DNA from: Camelus dromedarius
Lineage: Eukaryota
DNA length: 64,000 bases
Assembly (NCBI RefSeq): GCF_036321535.1
Contig: NC_087437.1
Span: forward strand, 52,454,001-52,518,000
Reading direction: 5' to 3'
A model generated the notes under the pieces. That model was not told the origin of the DNA, did not search any database, and saw only the letters and a program-made list of their open reading frames with translations. The position numbers were made by a program, and so were the translations under genes. Shown here in pieces: positions 28,663 to 42,008 of the stretch. Position 1 is the first letter of the stretch. Each line of letters begins with the position of its first letter.

Positions 28663-29214
28663 TTCTGCAAGGTATTAATGTCTTCATTTTACAGACAGGG
28701 AAACAGATGCTTGCAGAGCTAAAGCTCACCCAGGTCACAGGTCTTATATGTCACAGTGCAAGGATTAAAACCCAGTTCTGGCTGAGTTCAAAGTTATGGT
28801 CTTTCCATTAAATTGCATTGTGAGATGCATACGTATATCTAAATTAGGATAGAATTTAGAATCTAATTTAGAAGTTGTGCTTAAACGTATATTTTTTCAG
28901 TTCTGCCTCTCAAGAGAAACCTTAAAATAGCTGCATCCCAGGTTCCAACTTTTCTTCTAAGTGGGTGAAGATGTTTCCTACAGTTAAAATCCCAAACTGA
29001 GTCTAAGGTGTAATCACTGGGGAGGTTCAGGTGGGAAATGTCCCTCTGGGGACCTGGGAGAGTAGGCTATGGAGAAATGATTGCCGAGATATGAATCCTT
29101 AGATTGGAGGTAGGGATGGGGGTGAAGAGGTGCCTGTCACCCCAGGCTCACTGGAATCATGTGTCAGTCCTGTGGAAGGCAGAAGTGGCAGAAGTGCCAC
29201 AAGTAGAACTAATC

Positions 29215-30678
29215 CAAAAGGTTACCCAGATTGTGGTTTCTAAATACCATCTCCACAAAAAGGAACTAGGGCTCCCTGGGGTAATGACTAATTCCAGGGC
29301 TAGGGCAGGGAAAGTACAAAGTGATCCTGGAACAACCTCTGTGCCATAAAGTAAGGAAGCACTCAAAGATTGATGGAGATGTTCAAAAGAATAGAGAATC
29401 ACTTCACACCGATTAGGGTGGCTACTATGAAAAAAAAATAACAAACAGAAAATAACAAGTGTTGACAGGGATATGAAAAAATTGGAACCCTTGTACACTG
29501 TTGGTCGGAATGTAAAATGGTAGAGCCACCAAAGCAAACAGCATGAAGGCTCCCCAAAAAATGTAAAATAGAACTACCATATGATCCAGCAATTTTACTC
29601 AAAAGAACTGAAAGCAAGGTCTCAGAGATACTTGCACACCAATGTTCAAAGCAGCATTATTACAATAGGCAAGAGGTAAAAGCAACCCAAAAGTCCATAG
29701 GTGGATGAGTAAATAAACAAAATGTGACATGTACATACAATGGAATATTACTCAGCCTTAAAAAGGGGAAATCCTGTCACATGCTACAACATGGATGAGC
29801 CTTGAGAACATTATGCTAAATGCAATAAGCCAGTCACAAAAGATAAATACTGTTTGATTCCTCTTGTATGAGGTATCTAAATTAGTCAAATTCATAGAAA
29901 TAGAAAGTAGACTGGTGGTTGCCAGGGAGAGGGGGAGGGAGAAATGGATGTTGTTATTTAACGGATATAGAGTTTTAGTTTTGCAAGATGAAAAATTTCT
30001 GGAGGTCTGTCTCACAATGATGTAAATATGCTTAAACTATAGAACTGTATACTTGAAAATGATTAAAATGGTAAATTTTTGTTACTTTTTTTTAATATAA
30101 TGAAAATTGCATTAAAAAAGGGCACTGGCCAGATTTGGGGCAATTTGAATATCAAAATAAATCAATGATAGTAACTGATTATAAGTCCCCATTATAAAAT
30201 AAAAATCCAGGAGTCCATACTGATATAAACAAATAAATGAATAAATAAATAAGAAGAAGAGAATGCCTTTCCTAAATGCTGAATTAGAAAAATCACCATT
30301 TGGCAGCCATCAGAATATTAATTTAACCACAAACATCAAAACTAGTGGGTAAAGGTTTAAGGAGTAATGGACCATTTACATGGTCTCAAAGTACCTACCC
30401 ACAATATAATTATTAATTACAAAGGGAAAAAATAGTAACTTTAAAGTGGAGAATCTTGCCAGAAATCACCTTAACCAACTGATGATCAACATTAAGGAAA
30501 AAAATCAAAATTGTGAGTTTCCTAACAGGAAACACTGAGATAAACATAACATCACCCCTGTGGTGTCCTTGCCAAAGATGCATGATCTGAATCTAATCAT
30601 GGGGAAACATCAGACAAACCCAAACTGAAGATATTCTAAAAATAATCAATAAAAAATAAATAAATAAAAAATAAAAAA

Positions 30679-30722
<44 letters not shown>

Positions 30723-31110
30723 CGACCCGTAATCTCCAAAAGTTGTCAAAGTCAAAAAGTGGAGGAGAGATGGAAAAGCTGTTCCAAAGTGAAGACTAAA
30801 GAGACAGGACAACCAAATGCAGCTGTTGATCCTGAATTGAATCCCTTTGCTACAAAAGACACTATTAGGACAATTATTTAAGACTAGAATGGGGTCCAGG
30901 ATCAGATGGTAGTAGCATATCAATGTAATTTCTCTCATTTTGATGGTCAGTTGTGGTTATGTAGGAGAATGTCCTTGTTTGTAGAAAATACACACTAAGG
31001 TACTTAGGGTTGATGAGGTAGCATGTTGTCAACTACTGCAGAATGGTTCAGAAACAGTTCTTAGTACTATTGCAGCTTTTCTGTAAACTTTAATTTTTCA
31101 CAATAAAGAG
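29215..31110 (+). mobile_element. L1MC4-like 3' region interrupted by an L1MB-like 3' end (about 29398-30120)
   Basis: gtggtttctaaataccat...ggaactagggctcc resumes after the insert as aaatcaccatttggcagccatc...gaaaaaatagtaacttta; insert carries the ORF2 end and 3' UTR motifs. Confidence 0.7.
30640..30722. repeat. (AAAT)n tetranucleotide repeat
   Basis: Read directly from the sequence. Confidence 0.9.
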
Positions 31111-31765
31111 CAAAAAAAGCTGATGTGAAAGGAGCAGTTTAACCAAAAAGGATTATAAGCAGTTGATCAGAGTGCAGCAAGAGAAAAAGGGATCCCTTCC
31201 CACTTCTCCAAAGGCACCTATGGAACCAGAAAACGACAGGGACTCCAGGAAAAGGTGATGCCACCTGCAGATGGCAGAACTCAGTGGGGGTAGTGGCAGG
31301 GCAGGAGAGGGAAAAGATCTCCTGGAGCTGACCAGGGTTGTCTATGAGTACAGGTAAGACCCCCCTCTTCCACCCACAGGAATGCCTGGAAATACATGGA
31401 GAGGTACTAACCAAAGATTGGGTTCATACAAGAATAGAGTGAGAGCCAGTGATCTATGGGTTCTGGCAGTATGGTGCACTAAATACGAACAACAAACAGC
31501 AAAACTAAAATCATTTAAATTACATTGAACTAAGAAAAAAGGAAAGAATACTGAGAAACCCCAAAAACATGTGAAAGCAGAAATCCAAATAGGTAAGAGG
31601 AATACTGAAATCACCTTATGTTGGTCTTTTTTTAAACTTAGTAACCTTGAGCTTCAGTTTTCATGATCTTGTGGAACAGTAGGACATGAAACAAAGTCTG
31701 TGGGCTCAACGCAGAGAGTTGAGTAAGGGACCTCTAGGGGAAAAGTCATCTAAACATGAACTTGA

Positions 31766-31990
31766 GGGGGATGGGAAGGGGCTAGGATTTCAAAATGTAG
31801 AATAGATAAGCAAGATTGTGTGTAGCACAGGGAAATATATACAGGATCTTGTGGTGGCTCACAGCGAAAGAGAATGTGACAATGAATATAGGTATGTTCA
31901 TGTATAATTGAAAAATTGTGCTCTGCACTGGAATTTGACACAACATTGTAAAATGACTATAACTCAATAAAAAGTGTTAAACAAACAAAC
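31766..31990 (+). mobile_element. Young 5'-truncated L1 3' UTR with 14-bp TSD
   Basis: tagcacagggaaatatat...gacacaacattgtaaaatgactataactcaataaaa; TSD aaacatgaacttga at 31752-31765 and 31991-32004. Confidence 0.85.
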
Positions 31991-32310
31991 AAACATGAAC
32001 TTGAAGTAAACAACCCTTCTAACTCCTCATGGGACAGAAAATTCTCCGCCTCAAATCTTGGCACTGGGAAGAGCTAGGACGTGGACTGTCCGTCACATGG
32101 TTGAACAGTTCAAATTCGAACTATTTGTGATCCAAGAAACCTCAAGTTTGAAAATTAAAGTCGTCCCAGATTGAAGATATCTCCAGGAGCTTGACAGAAG
32201 CAAACGCAGATCCTTTCTGGAGAAATCTACTTCTACTCATATCCTCAAAGAATCCCGCACATAGTGAAAATAATAGTAATAATGGCATTTGAAAGGAAAA
32301 CAAAAAAAAG

Positions 32311-33175
32311 CCGGGAGTTGCAGGTTTTACGGCCTCTAGCTGCGGGGAGGAGGATGCGGGCGGGAGGATGAGCTAGTGCGCTGGGTCCTGGCTGGCTGGG
32401 TGGTGGGTGCAGGGTGCAGCTGCCGGGTCCACACAGCGGCTGCGCGGCAGCTGCTGGGAGCGGGTTCCTGCGGCCCGCCGGGATGCGGGTGAGGAGGTCC
32501 GCAGGACTGAGTGTGAGGGGGCTTGGGACCACCAGAACGACCTTCTCCGCGGAGCTGTGTCCCTAGAGCAGCTCCCGGCACTTTCTGCTCTGCAGGCAGG
32601 AAGCAGGCAGCCGCCTCCTCCTGTCCCAGGCTCTGATGGGACCCAGATGCTGCTAAATGCAAAAAGAAATGGGAAAATGCAAAAGATCGGAATGATGAAA
32701 ACCTACCGAAGACTTCTCAGAATTGTCAAAGAGTATACAAATATGTGCTTAAATGTAAAAAACATGGTGCGTGAACAATAGCACTCAGGCAACCTGGCAA
32801 ACATTTGCCCTTGACTATCACACTCAGCCAAGTATTTCACTGTGGAATTTCAAACTGCCTAAGGGGTGTGGATAAACATCAAGGCACAGATCCCCAAAAT
32901 AACAACCCACGAAAGGGAAGAGAGTGAAAGATGTCTACCACTGAGTACTCCTGTTCTGAGAAGAGGGGAACGTGGCCAAAGCAGCCTGACTTCCCATAGT
33001 GTCCTCCAGAAGAGCCAGAATATCACCCTGAGGCTGCAGCCCAACAGTCATCTGCTGTTTGAGAATCGTGATGATGAGGACAAGTCCACCCATTCTCAGG
33101 TACCTGAAGGGACCTCTCAACTGAAGACTTGTGTTCACTGTCTGAACGCAACCAATAAAAACTGCAGGAGCAAAA
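32311..33175 (+). pseudogene. Candidate retrocopy (processed pseudogene) of an unidentified transcript
   Basis: Abrupt CpG-rich 5' block after an A-rich site, non-repetitive middle, AATAAA at 33154-33159 then a short A run; lies between L1 relics. No clear TSD and parent not recognised. Confidence 0.45.
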
Positions 33176-33204
33176 TCTCTTAGGAAAGTGATTTTTAACA
33201 GAGG

Positions 33205-34730
33205 CATGAAATTAGAAATCAGTAATAACAGAAGTAAAAATTAGGAAATTCACAGACATGGAAATTATCACACTCCTAAACAACCACTGGTTCAAAGATA
33301 AAATCACAAGGAAAATTAGAAAATACTTTGAGATTAATGAAAAAAAGGGGGAAAAAAACGTAGGAATTGCAGAGACAGCAACTTAGAGGGAAGTCTATAG
33401 CTGTGAATGCCTATATTAAAAAAAAAAAAAGATCACAAATCAATAACCTAAACTTCCACCTTAAGAGCAAGAAAGAAAAGCAAACTAAACCCAAAGCAAG
33501 TGGAAGAAAGGAAATAATAAAGACTAGAGCAGAAATAAATTAGAGGATAGGAAAAAAAAATCAATACACCCAAAAGTTGGTGCTTTGAAGATATTAACAA
33601 AATAAAAAGTCTTTAACTAGACTGGCTAAGAAAAAATGAAGACTCAAATTACTAAAATCAAGAGTGAATGAGGTAAACAAATTTATACTGTATAGCACAG
33701 GGAACTATATTCAATATCTTGTAGTAGCTTACAGTGAAGAAGAATATGAAGATGAATATATGTCTATTCACGTATGACTGAAGCATTGTGCTGTACACCA
33801 GAAATTGACACACTGTAAACTGACTATACTTCAATAAAAAATAAAAGAAGAATGAAGGAAGGAACATCACTATTGACATTACAGAAATTTAAAAGGCTGA
33901 TAAAATATTATGAACAATTGTGTATCAACAAATAAGATAACCTAGATGAAATGGACAAATTCCTAGAAAGACACAAACTACTGAAAATGATAAAGAAGAA
34001 ACAGAAAATCTGAACATACCTATAATAAAAAAGATTGTATTAACAATTTTTTAAAAAAACTTACAAAGAAAAGCCCAGGCCAAGACCACTTCAGGAATGA
34101 ATTCTACCAAACATTTAACACCAAATCCTCCACAAACTCTTCCCCCAAAAAAATAGAAGAGAAAGAAACACTTCCCAACTCATTCTGTGACACCAGTATT
34201 ATCCTGATATCAAAGTCAATGACATCACACACAAAAAGAAAACTAAAGATTAATATCTTTTGAATACAGATTCCAAAAACTCAATGAAATACTAGCAAAC
34301 CAAATCCAGCAAAACATAAAAATGATTATATATTTTAACCAAGTGGGATTCATCCCAGAGTACAAAGCAAATTTAACATGCAAAAATTACTATAATAAAT
34401 ATATAAAAATGGTTATCTAAATACATGCAGAAAAAGCATTTGACAAAATCCAATATCCCTTTAATATAAAAACACTCAGCAAACTAGGAATTGATGGAAA
34501 TTCCTCAAGATGATAAAAGACATCTACAAAAAATTTAGTATGTACTTAATATTGAAAGCTGAGTGCTTTCTCCCAAAGATTTGGAATAAGGTAAGGACAT
34601 CCTCTCTTGCCACTCCTATTCAGCTTAGAAGGAGGTTCTAGCCAAGCCAATTAGGCAAGAAAAAGAAAGGAAATACACCCAGATTGGAAAGGAAGAAGTA
34701 AAACTGTCTTTATTTGAAGATGACCAGATC
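33205..34730 (+). mobile_element. Degenerate old L1 ORF2 fragment with a nested young L1 3' end (about 33672-33848)
   Basis: ORF2 motifs gataacctagatgaaatggacaaattcctagaa, gcagaaaaagcatttgacaaaatccaa and ggaggttctagcca; the nested piece splits actaaaatca...gaatgaaggaaggaacatcac. Confidence 0.85.
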
Positions 34731-34864
34731 TTATTCTGGGTTCTGGGGAAAGCTGTGCCTATGTGGGGACAAGAGGTATACGGGAAATCTCTGTACTTTC
34801 TGCTCAGTTTTGCTGTGAACCTAAAACTGCCCTAAAAAATAAAGTCTGTTTAAGAGAAAAAAAG

Positions 34865-37800
34865 AATGGGTAAGGGGTCTGCCTAGACATTTCTGCAAAA
34901 CAGCTATACAAGTGGCCGATGAGCACAAGAAAGATACTCAAAATTATTAATCATTACGAAATTATGAATCAAAACCACAAAGAGATATCATGTAATGCCC
35001 ACGAGAATGGCTATAACAAAAGACAGATAAAGATGAATGGATAAACAAAATGGGATACATGCAACAGAATATTATTAGGTCTTAAAAAGGATGGAAATCC
35101 TGTCACATGCTATAACCCAGACAAAACTTGAGGACATTATGCTAGGTGAAATAAGCCAATCACAGAAAGACAAATACTGTAAGATTCTACTTATACGGTG
35201 TATCTAAAGTGGTCAAATTCATAAAAACAGTAGAATAGTGGTTGCTAGGGGTTAAGGGTTGGGGGAAATGGGAGTTGTTATTTAATGGATTTAGAGTTTC
35301 AGTTTACAAGATGAAAAAGTTCTAGAGAGCTGTTTCACAACAATGTGAATATTCTTATTAATGAACTGTACACTTAAAAATGACTAAGATGGTAAATTTT
35401 ATGGGGTTTTTTATCATGACTAAAAACAAAAAAATTTTAAAGATGGACAATAACAGTGTTGGCAAGGATGTGGAGAAATTGGTACTCTCATACATAGCTG
35501 GTGGGAATGTAAAATGGTGTAGCCTTTTTAGAAAATAATTTGGCAGTCAGTTCCACAAAAAACTACTAGAGCTGATAAACAAATTCAGCAAGGTAGCAGA
35601 TTACAAGATTAACATACAGAAATCTGTTGCATTTCTTTACATTAACAATGAAATGTCAGAAAAGGAAAGTAAAAAAAAAAAAAAGAAGAAGAAAAAGAAG
35701 AATCCCTTTAAAATCACATAAAAAAAAAAAATACTTGGAAATAAACCTGACCAAGGAAGTAAAAGACTTATAAGCTGAGAACTATAAAACATTGATAAAG
35801 GAAATGAAAGATGATTTAAAGAAATAGAAAGATAACACAAGCTCTTGGATTGTTAAATTAATTAATACTGGTAAAATGGCCATACTACCCAAAGCAATCT
35901 GCAGATTTAATGCAATCCTTGTCAAGTTACCCAGGACATTTTTCACAGAGCTAGAACAAATAATCCCAAAATTTATATGGAATCACAAAAGACCCAGAAT
36001 TGCCAAAGCAATAATGAAGAAAAAGAACACAGCTGGAGGCATTAACCCTCCCAGGCTTCAGACAATACTACAGAGCTACAGTAATCAAAATAGCATAGTA
36101 CTGGCACAAAAACAGATATATGGATCAATGGAGAAGAATAGAGAGCCAGAAATGAACCCACTCACCTATGGTCAATTAATCTTCAAAAAGGAGGCAAGAA
36201 TATACAGTGGAGAAAAGACAGCCTCTTTGGCAAGTGGGGTTGGGAAAGCTGGACAGCCACATGTAAATCAATGAAGTTAGATCACTCCCTTACACCATAC
36301 ATGAAAATTAAATTCAAAATGGCTTAAAGACTTAAATATAAGACAGGACACCATAAACCTCCTAGAAGAGAACCTAGCCAAAACATTCTCTGATATAAAT
36401 CGTAGAAATGTTTTCCTAGGTTAGTTTACCAAGGCAATAGACATAAAAGCAAAAATAAACAAATGGGACCTAATTAAACTTACAAGCTTTTCCACAGGGA
36501 AGGAAACCAAAAATAAAACAAAACAAAAAGACAGCCTACAGAATGGGAAAAGATATTTGCAAATGATGCAACTGACAAGAGCTCAACTTCCAGAATATAC
36601 AAACAGTTCATACAACTCAACAACAAAACAAAGAACCCAATCAAAAAAATGGGCAGAAGACCTAAACGGACATTTCTCCAGTGAAGAACACAGATGGCCA
36701 ATAGGCATGTGAAAAGATGCTCAATATTGCTAATTATCAAAGAAATGCAAAATCAAAATGACAATAAGGTACCACCTCACACTGGTCAGAGTGGCCATCA
36801 TTAAAAAGACCACAAACAACAAATGCTGGAGAGGGTGTGGAGAAAAGGGAACCCTTCTATACTGATGGTAAAAATGTAAATTGGTACAGTCACTATGGAA
36901 AACCGTATGGAGATTCCTTAAAAAAGTGAAAACAGAATTGTTATATGATCCAGCAATCTCACTCCTGAGCATGTATTTGGAGAAAACTCTAATTCAAAAA
37001 GATATATGCACCCCAATGTTCATAGCACTACTATTTACAATATCCAAGACATGGAAGCAACCTAAATGTCCACTGACAGATAAATTAATAAAGACGTTGT
37101 GGTATATATATATATACACTCAGCCATAAACAAGAATGAAATAATGCCATTTGCAGCAACAAGGATGGACCTAGGGATTATCATACTAAATCAAGTAATT
37201 CAGATAAAGACAAATATCATATGATATCACTTATATGTGGAATTTTTAAAAATAACACAAATAAACTTATTTACAAAACAGAAAGAGACTCACAGACACA
37301 GAAAACAAACTTATGGTTACCAAAGGGGGAAGGAAGGGAGGGATAAATTGGGAGTTTGGGATTAGTAGATACAAACTACTATATACAGAATTGGTAAAAA
37401 CAAGGTCCTGCTGTATAGCACAAGGAGCTGTATTCAATAACTTGTAATAACCTATAGTGAGAACGAATATGAAAAAGGATATATATACACAGACAAGTAT
37501 AACTGACTCACTATGCTGTATGCCAGAAACTAACATGATATTGTAAATCAACTATACTTCAATTAAAAAAAAAAAAAAACCTGGCGAAAAAAAAGTTAAA
37601 CACAAAGTTCTGTATGACTCTGAAATTCCACTCCTAGATATATATCCAAGAGAAATGAAAACATATGTCCATACAAAAACATGTACATATATGTTCATAG
37701 CGACATTAATCATAGCGGCTAAAAAAATAGAAGTAACTCAAATAACCATCAACTAGTGAATGGATAGGTAAAATGTGGTATGTGTGAGCAGAGTGGTGCA

Positions 37801-38235
37801 ATGGAAGTGTGCTGGGCCAGAGGTCAGTGAATCAAAATAAAATATGGAATAACCATATGATGGAATATTATTTGGCCATAAAAAGGAAAGAAGTACTGAT
37901 AAATGCTACAACATGGATGAATCTCAAAAACATCATGCAAAGCAGAAAAGGCCAGTCACAGAAGACCACATACTGTGTGATTACGTTTATATGACATGAC
38001 CCAAATAGGTAACTCTATAGAGACAGAAAGCAGATTAGTGGTTGGCAGTGAGTGGGGAGGAGGGAGGAATGGGGAATTACTACTGATAGGAATGGGATTT
38101 CTTTTTCAGATGATGAAAATGTTGTGTCATTAGATGGTACTGATGGTTGCACATTTTGTAAATATACTAAAAACCACTGAATTGTAAACTTTAAAAGAGT
38201 GAATTTTATGGTGTGAATAATATCTCAATAATACC
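34865..38235 (+). mobile_element. Old L1MB/ME 3' region hosting two nested L1 insertions
   Basis: Host segments at about 34865-35030, 35441-35550 and 37590-38235 read as one continuous L1 3' end. Confidence 0.7.
35555..37580 (+). mobile_element. Younger L1 (artiodactyl/camelid type): 3' part of ORF2, 3' UTR and poly(A)
   Basis: Track ORF 35876-36274 [28 protein letters not shown] is L1 ORF2; ends actatacttcaattaaaa(A)n. Confidence 0.92.
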
Positions 38236-38759
38236 CTTGAATGTGACTAAATAAACTCAGGGTACATACTCTAAGATTATTTCCCTTTTCTTAATTATAA
38301 AAATGCTAAGTGCTAGAATGTAAATGTTTACATTCCAAAAAAGAGAAAAGCAGCCATAATCTTACCACAGAATAGAACAGCTATTTCCCTTTTTCTGATG
38401 TATCCTCTGATTGGTGATGGCTTTTTCACAAACATGACTAAAATAGGAATGGCTAAAATAAAGGTGTTAAGGTCTCTGTCTTAATCAAGAAACAAGCCTC
38501 CAAACTTAGGAATTCCTAGTTGGGAGAAATTCACTATGTAAACTTCAAACTTCTGAGACATAACGTAAAGCAAATATGTAACCAATTATTGGCACAAATA
38601 CCCACATTTTGCTGGGTGAGTGTTCCTCCTGGTATAACTGCAGTTTCCCCTGCTATTTCTTAGAATCTCCAGATGAGGTCTCTGGCCACCGTCCTTCCTG
38701 AAGTCACAGCCTGTAAACTTAAGATGCGGCCCTTAGGGGTCCCCTCCCTGGAAATGCTG

Positions 38760-38945
38760 CCCCACTGTGGGCTTGGGGACACTGGCGTGGAATGGAGTGT
38801 GATATTGGCCAAATCACTTGACCTCTTTGAGCCTCTGTTTGCTCACATATAACATAGGGATGGTAATAAATACCACTTCACAGGGTTTTAGTGAGAATTG
38901 TATTAGCCAATGTCTGTAAAGTGCTTGGTTCAACAAACAAAGGCT
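38760..38945 (+). mobile_element. MIR SINE
   Basis: ggccaaatcacttgacctctttgagcctctgtttgctca. Confidence 0.6.
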
Positions 38946-39869
38946 GTTATGTTCATCATCCAAGAATGCATTAAAAGAAGTCACTTCCAAACCACACTCC
39001 CACACCCTCCCTATTTATCTACACAGTGAACCCATAAGGCAATTGCCAGTTTCAGATGACATTCTACTTGGTCCTCTGTGGGTGAGGCAAGAGGCAATGC
39101 ATGTGTCTCGAAGATAACAGAATCCAGGACACATTTCCTGAGTAAATGAATAAAACGAGCCTCAAATCCCTTTGCTTAAAGTAAAAGGGCTTTGTTTTTT
39201 TTCCTGACTATAGAAATAGATGAAAAATTATTCGTTATTTGAAAACTATATATACACAACTAACTATATATACATATAACTGTATAAAACTATATATACA
39301 ACATCACAGAAAACTGAAAAGTAAAGAGAAACTTTAACAAGTACTCATATTCCTACCGCCCAGAGGGCAGTCTAACACATTTTGACATGTTCCTTTTTCA
39401 CTATTTTTACATTGTTGAGTTAAGTTTTCATACTTTATATACTTTTATATCCTGCATTTTTTCACTTAGTACATTAAAGTATGTCATTTGATACATTTCA
39501 TAAATAATGTCAAAGTTTGAATAATACTTTATTATTTGGGAATATTTAACTAACCATTTCCCCATTGTTGGATTTTTAGAATGCTTCCAATTTTCTATTG
39601 CAAATTACATTTTCTGTATGTTTTTATGTATATATATAAAAGCTGAGAAAAGAATAGAGACATATATGTATGTGAGGGGGTGCCTTTGGGATGGGATTGT
39701 TGGGATGGGGCGAGGATTTGCACTTTTATGTTACATTACATACTTCTTTACTGTTTAAATCATTTACTGGGAGCAAGGATGACTTTTGTAATTAAATGTT
39801 TAAGCAAAGGAAGGAAGGAAGAGAACAGAGAAGCATACAGATCTATAATTAAAAAGTAGGGATGTTAGT

Positions 39870-39960
39870 GGGGGAGGGTATAGCTCAGTGGTAGAGTGTG
39901 TGTTTAGCATGCACAAGGTCTTGGGTTCAATCCCTACTACCTCCATTAAAAAAAAAAAAA
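39870..39960 (+). mobile_element. tRNA-derived camelid-type SINE (vic-1-like)
   Basis: ggggagggtatagctcagtggtagagtgtgtgtttagcatgcacaaggtcttgggttcaatccc (Pol III A and B boxes), A tail, TSD aaaaagtagg(g/t)atgtt. Confidence 0.9.
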
Positions 39961-40037
39961 GTAGGTATGTTTTGGATTTAATTTCTCTGAGTGAAAAAAG
40001 GAAATAGCAAACTACAGAGGATCCCAGCCCAACTTAC

Positions 40038-40149
40038 TGATTGATTTTGGATTCTGTGGTACTTCCAGCTTTGTCTCTCAATTTGATTGTTATGGATCCT
40101 CTTCTTATGTTCTTGTTCCAAGTTATAATATCCACAAAGTAATGATATA
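40038..40149 (-). CDS. LIPH: LIPH exon 8, 112 nt
   Basis: gttttgcag|TA TAT CAT; (I)[36 protein letters not shown](H); donor CA|gtaagt. Confidence 0.95.
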
Positions 40150-41649
40150 CTGCAAAACAGGGAGAGAATTATGGTTAGAGAGAAATATTCCCAATTGCTT
40201 TCTTGAAGGTTCAATTCCTAAAAACCTAACCTCCCTAATAACTGAGTCTCTTTTTCTCTTCCTCTCTAGTTTTTCTGAAAAGATCCAGGGTAGAATTTTT
40301 TTAACATTTTTTTTCTCTTCTCTTTGGTAAAGATGGCCTGAGTGACGGTAGAATTCAGTGGTATCCAGTTGCCATGTTTAGGCATCACTCTTGGATCAAT
40401 GTTTTCACCTTATTGACTGAAGTCTCATGGCCTACTGCCAAGTATGATTGGTTTACTTCCATCCCTGCCCATTTTAGAATAAACCAAACAGGTGACAATG
40501 TAGAGACCCCCCCCCCCCAGCAACTTAACAGTGTCTTTCCCAATCTGGGTCACATCCACCAGCCTCCCCAGCCTCCCTCACTCTTCATGAGCCATGCCAC
40601 ACCGCCTGCACTGCCACCTTCTCTCTTGCTCCTAGGCCTTCCCTTCACTTGGACACTCTTACTTTGCCCCCTTTGCCAACTCATCCTTCAGGTTTTGGCT
40701 TGATACACTTCCTCCAGGAGGGCTTCAGTGACCCTGAGAACTAAGTCAGGTCTCTCTCTCAGAGTTCTTATCATGCTCTGGTATTTTCCCATCCTTAGTC
40801 AGCACACTTTACTGCATTTACAAAATGCAAGAAAAATGATCATCAAAAAAGTGGTAAATGTATGTGTACATCTATACAAATATTACCTGAGTAATGTCTT
40901 ATGGGGTGGGGAAAATAAAGGTAAGATATACTACAACAATGACTAGGAAGGGATGATTTTTCCTCTCTAATCCCAGCAGTGATACCTATGGATGCCCATT
41001 AATGCCCCCTGAATAAATGAGGGCTTATAATGCGTCCAGAGAACTATTCTTCCTCCCTACTCTCTGTTCCTCAAGGTCAAGGATGCTCTGGGAGAATGGA
41101 GACCTCACTATGATAGTCAGATTAGCTATCTCTTGGTCAGATCTGCAAGAAGGGGAAAGAGGCTCAGGGAGATGACAATCCCATGAAGGTATAAGGTCAG
41201 ACCTGGAGTTGCATTTCATAGCCCATGACTGCTCCAGGGCCTGCCCCATTTGGATCGGGCAGACACCTAACCCTGGGCTGCCACACATGCCTCCAAAGGA
41301 GGAGAGAAACACAGTGAACTACAACCTCTTTTATAGCGATTACTCCCAAGAAAAGTGAAAGGGGAATACGATTGTAAGACATACATCTGCCCAGGAAAAT
41401 TCCTACTTGTTTCCCACGGCACTTGATCATCTGCTGCCCCATTAGCTTCCATCTGGAATACCCAACCTCTCAATGTCTTTATAAGGCCATTGTGGCTGCT
41501 TTGGAGCTGGAACTGGCCCATAGATGTGGCTGACACCTGATTTTTCCTAGGCCCAATCTCAGGTCTCTCGGGGCTCAAGCAAATTTTCTGGACGATCCTA
41601 GTGCTTAAAATGGCCATTCAGTGAAGCTAACAACTATGATTTGTTGAGA

Positions 41650-41800
41650 TTTTAATCCTTATAACCCAGAAGATAGGCATGATTATCCCCATTTTACTGA
41701 GCAGGACATGAAGACTCAGAGAGGTAAAGTGTCTTGACCAAGGTCACACAGCTTTATGTGGTGGAGTCAGGACTCAGCCTAGGTCCTTCCAGCTCCAAAG
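41650..41800 (-). mobile_element. MIR SINE (copy A of a highly similar pair)
   Basis: atccccattttac...cttgaccaaggtcacacagct. Confidence 0.7.
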
Positions 41801-41912
41801 TCCGTATTTCACCGCAGCCCTCCTTTGCCAAGAAGTAGCCAGGAAGTTGAGACCCAGCCATTCCAAAAAGAGAAGAGTTGGACAAAAGCGAAAAACCACA
41901 TTCACCACTCAC

Positions 41913-42008
41913 TGCAGAACGGTTTCTCCTCAGCTGTGTCAAAGAATGCTTTAGTCGTAGGAGGATCCTTCTCCCTTAAATAGTCTTTCCAATTATCAGC
42001 ATAATAAC
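41913..42008 (-). CDS. LIPH: LIPH exon 7, 96 nt
   Basis: gttttatag|GT TAT TAT; (G)[31 protein letters not shown]; donor A|gtgagt. Confidence 0.95.

Noticed and set aside
32646..32690. KCKKKWENAKDR as a Myb/SANT (trihelix) motif identifying the retrocopy parent
   Set aside because: The resemblance covers only a few residues, the frame is bounded by stops, and I could not match it to a known protein.
35876..37129. ORFs as independent genes
   Set aside because: They are fragments of frameshifted L1 ORF2 or its antisense strand.
39688..39710. G-quadruplex motif GGGATGGGATTGTTGGGATGGGG
   Set aside because: A single intronic motif among old repeat remnants, with no supporting context.
39870..39945. 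Functional tRNA gene
   Set aside because: It has A and B boxes but also a poly(A) tail, a TSD and several diverged copies in the window, so it is a SINE.
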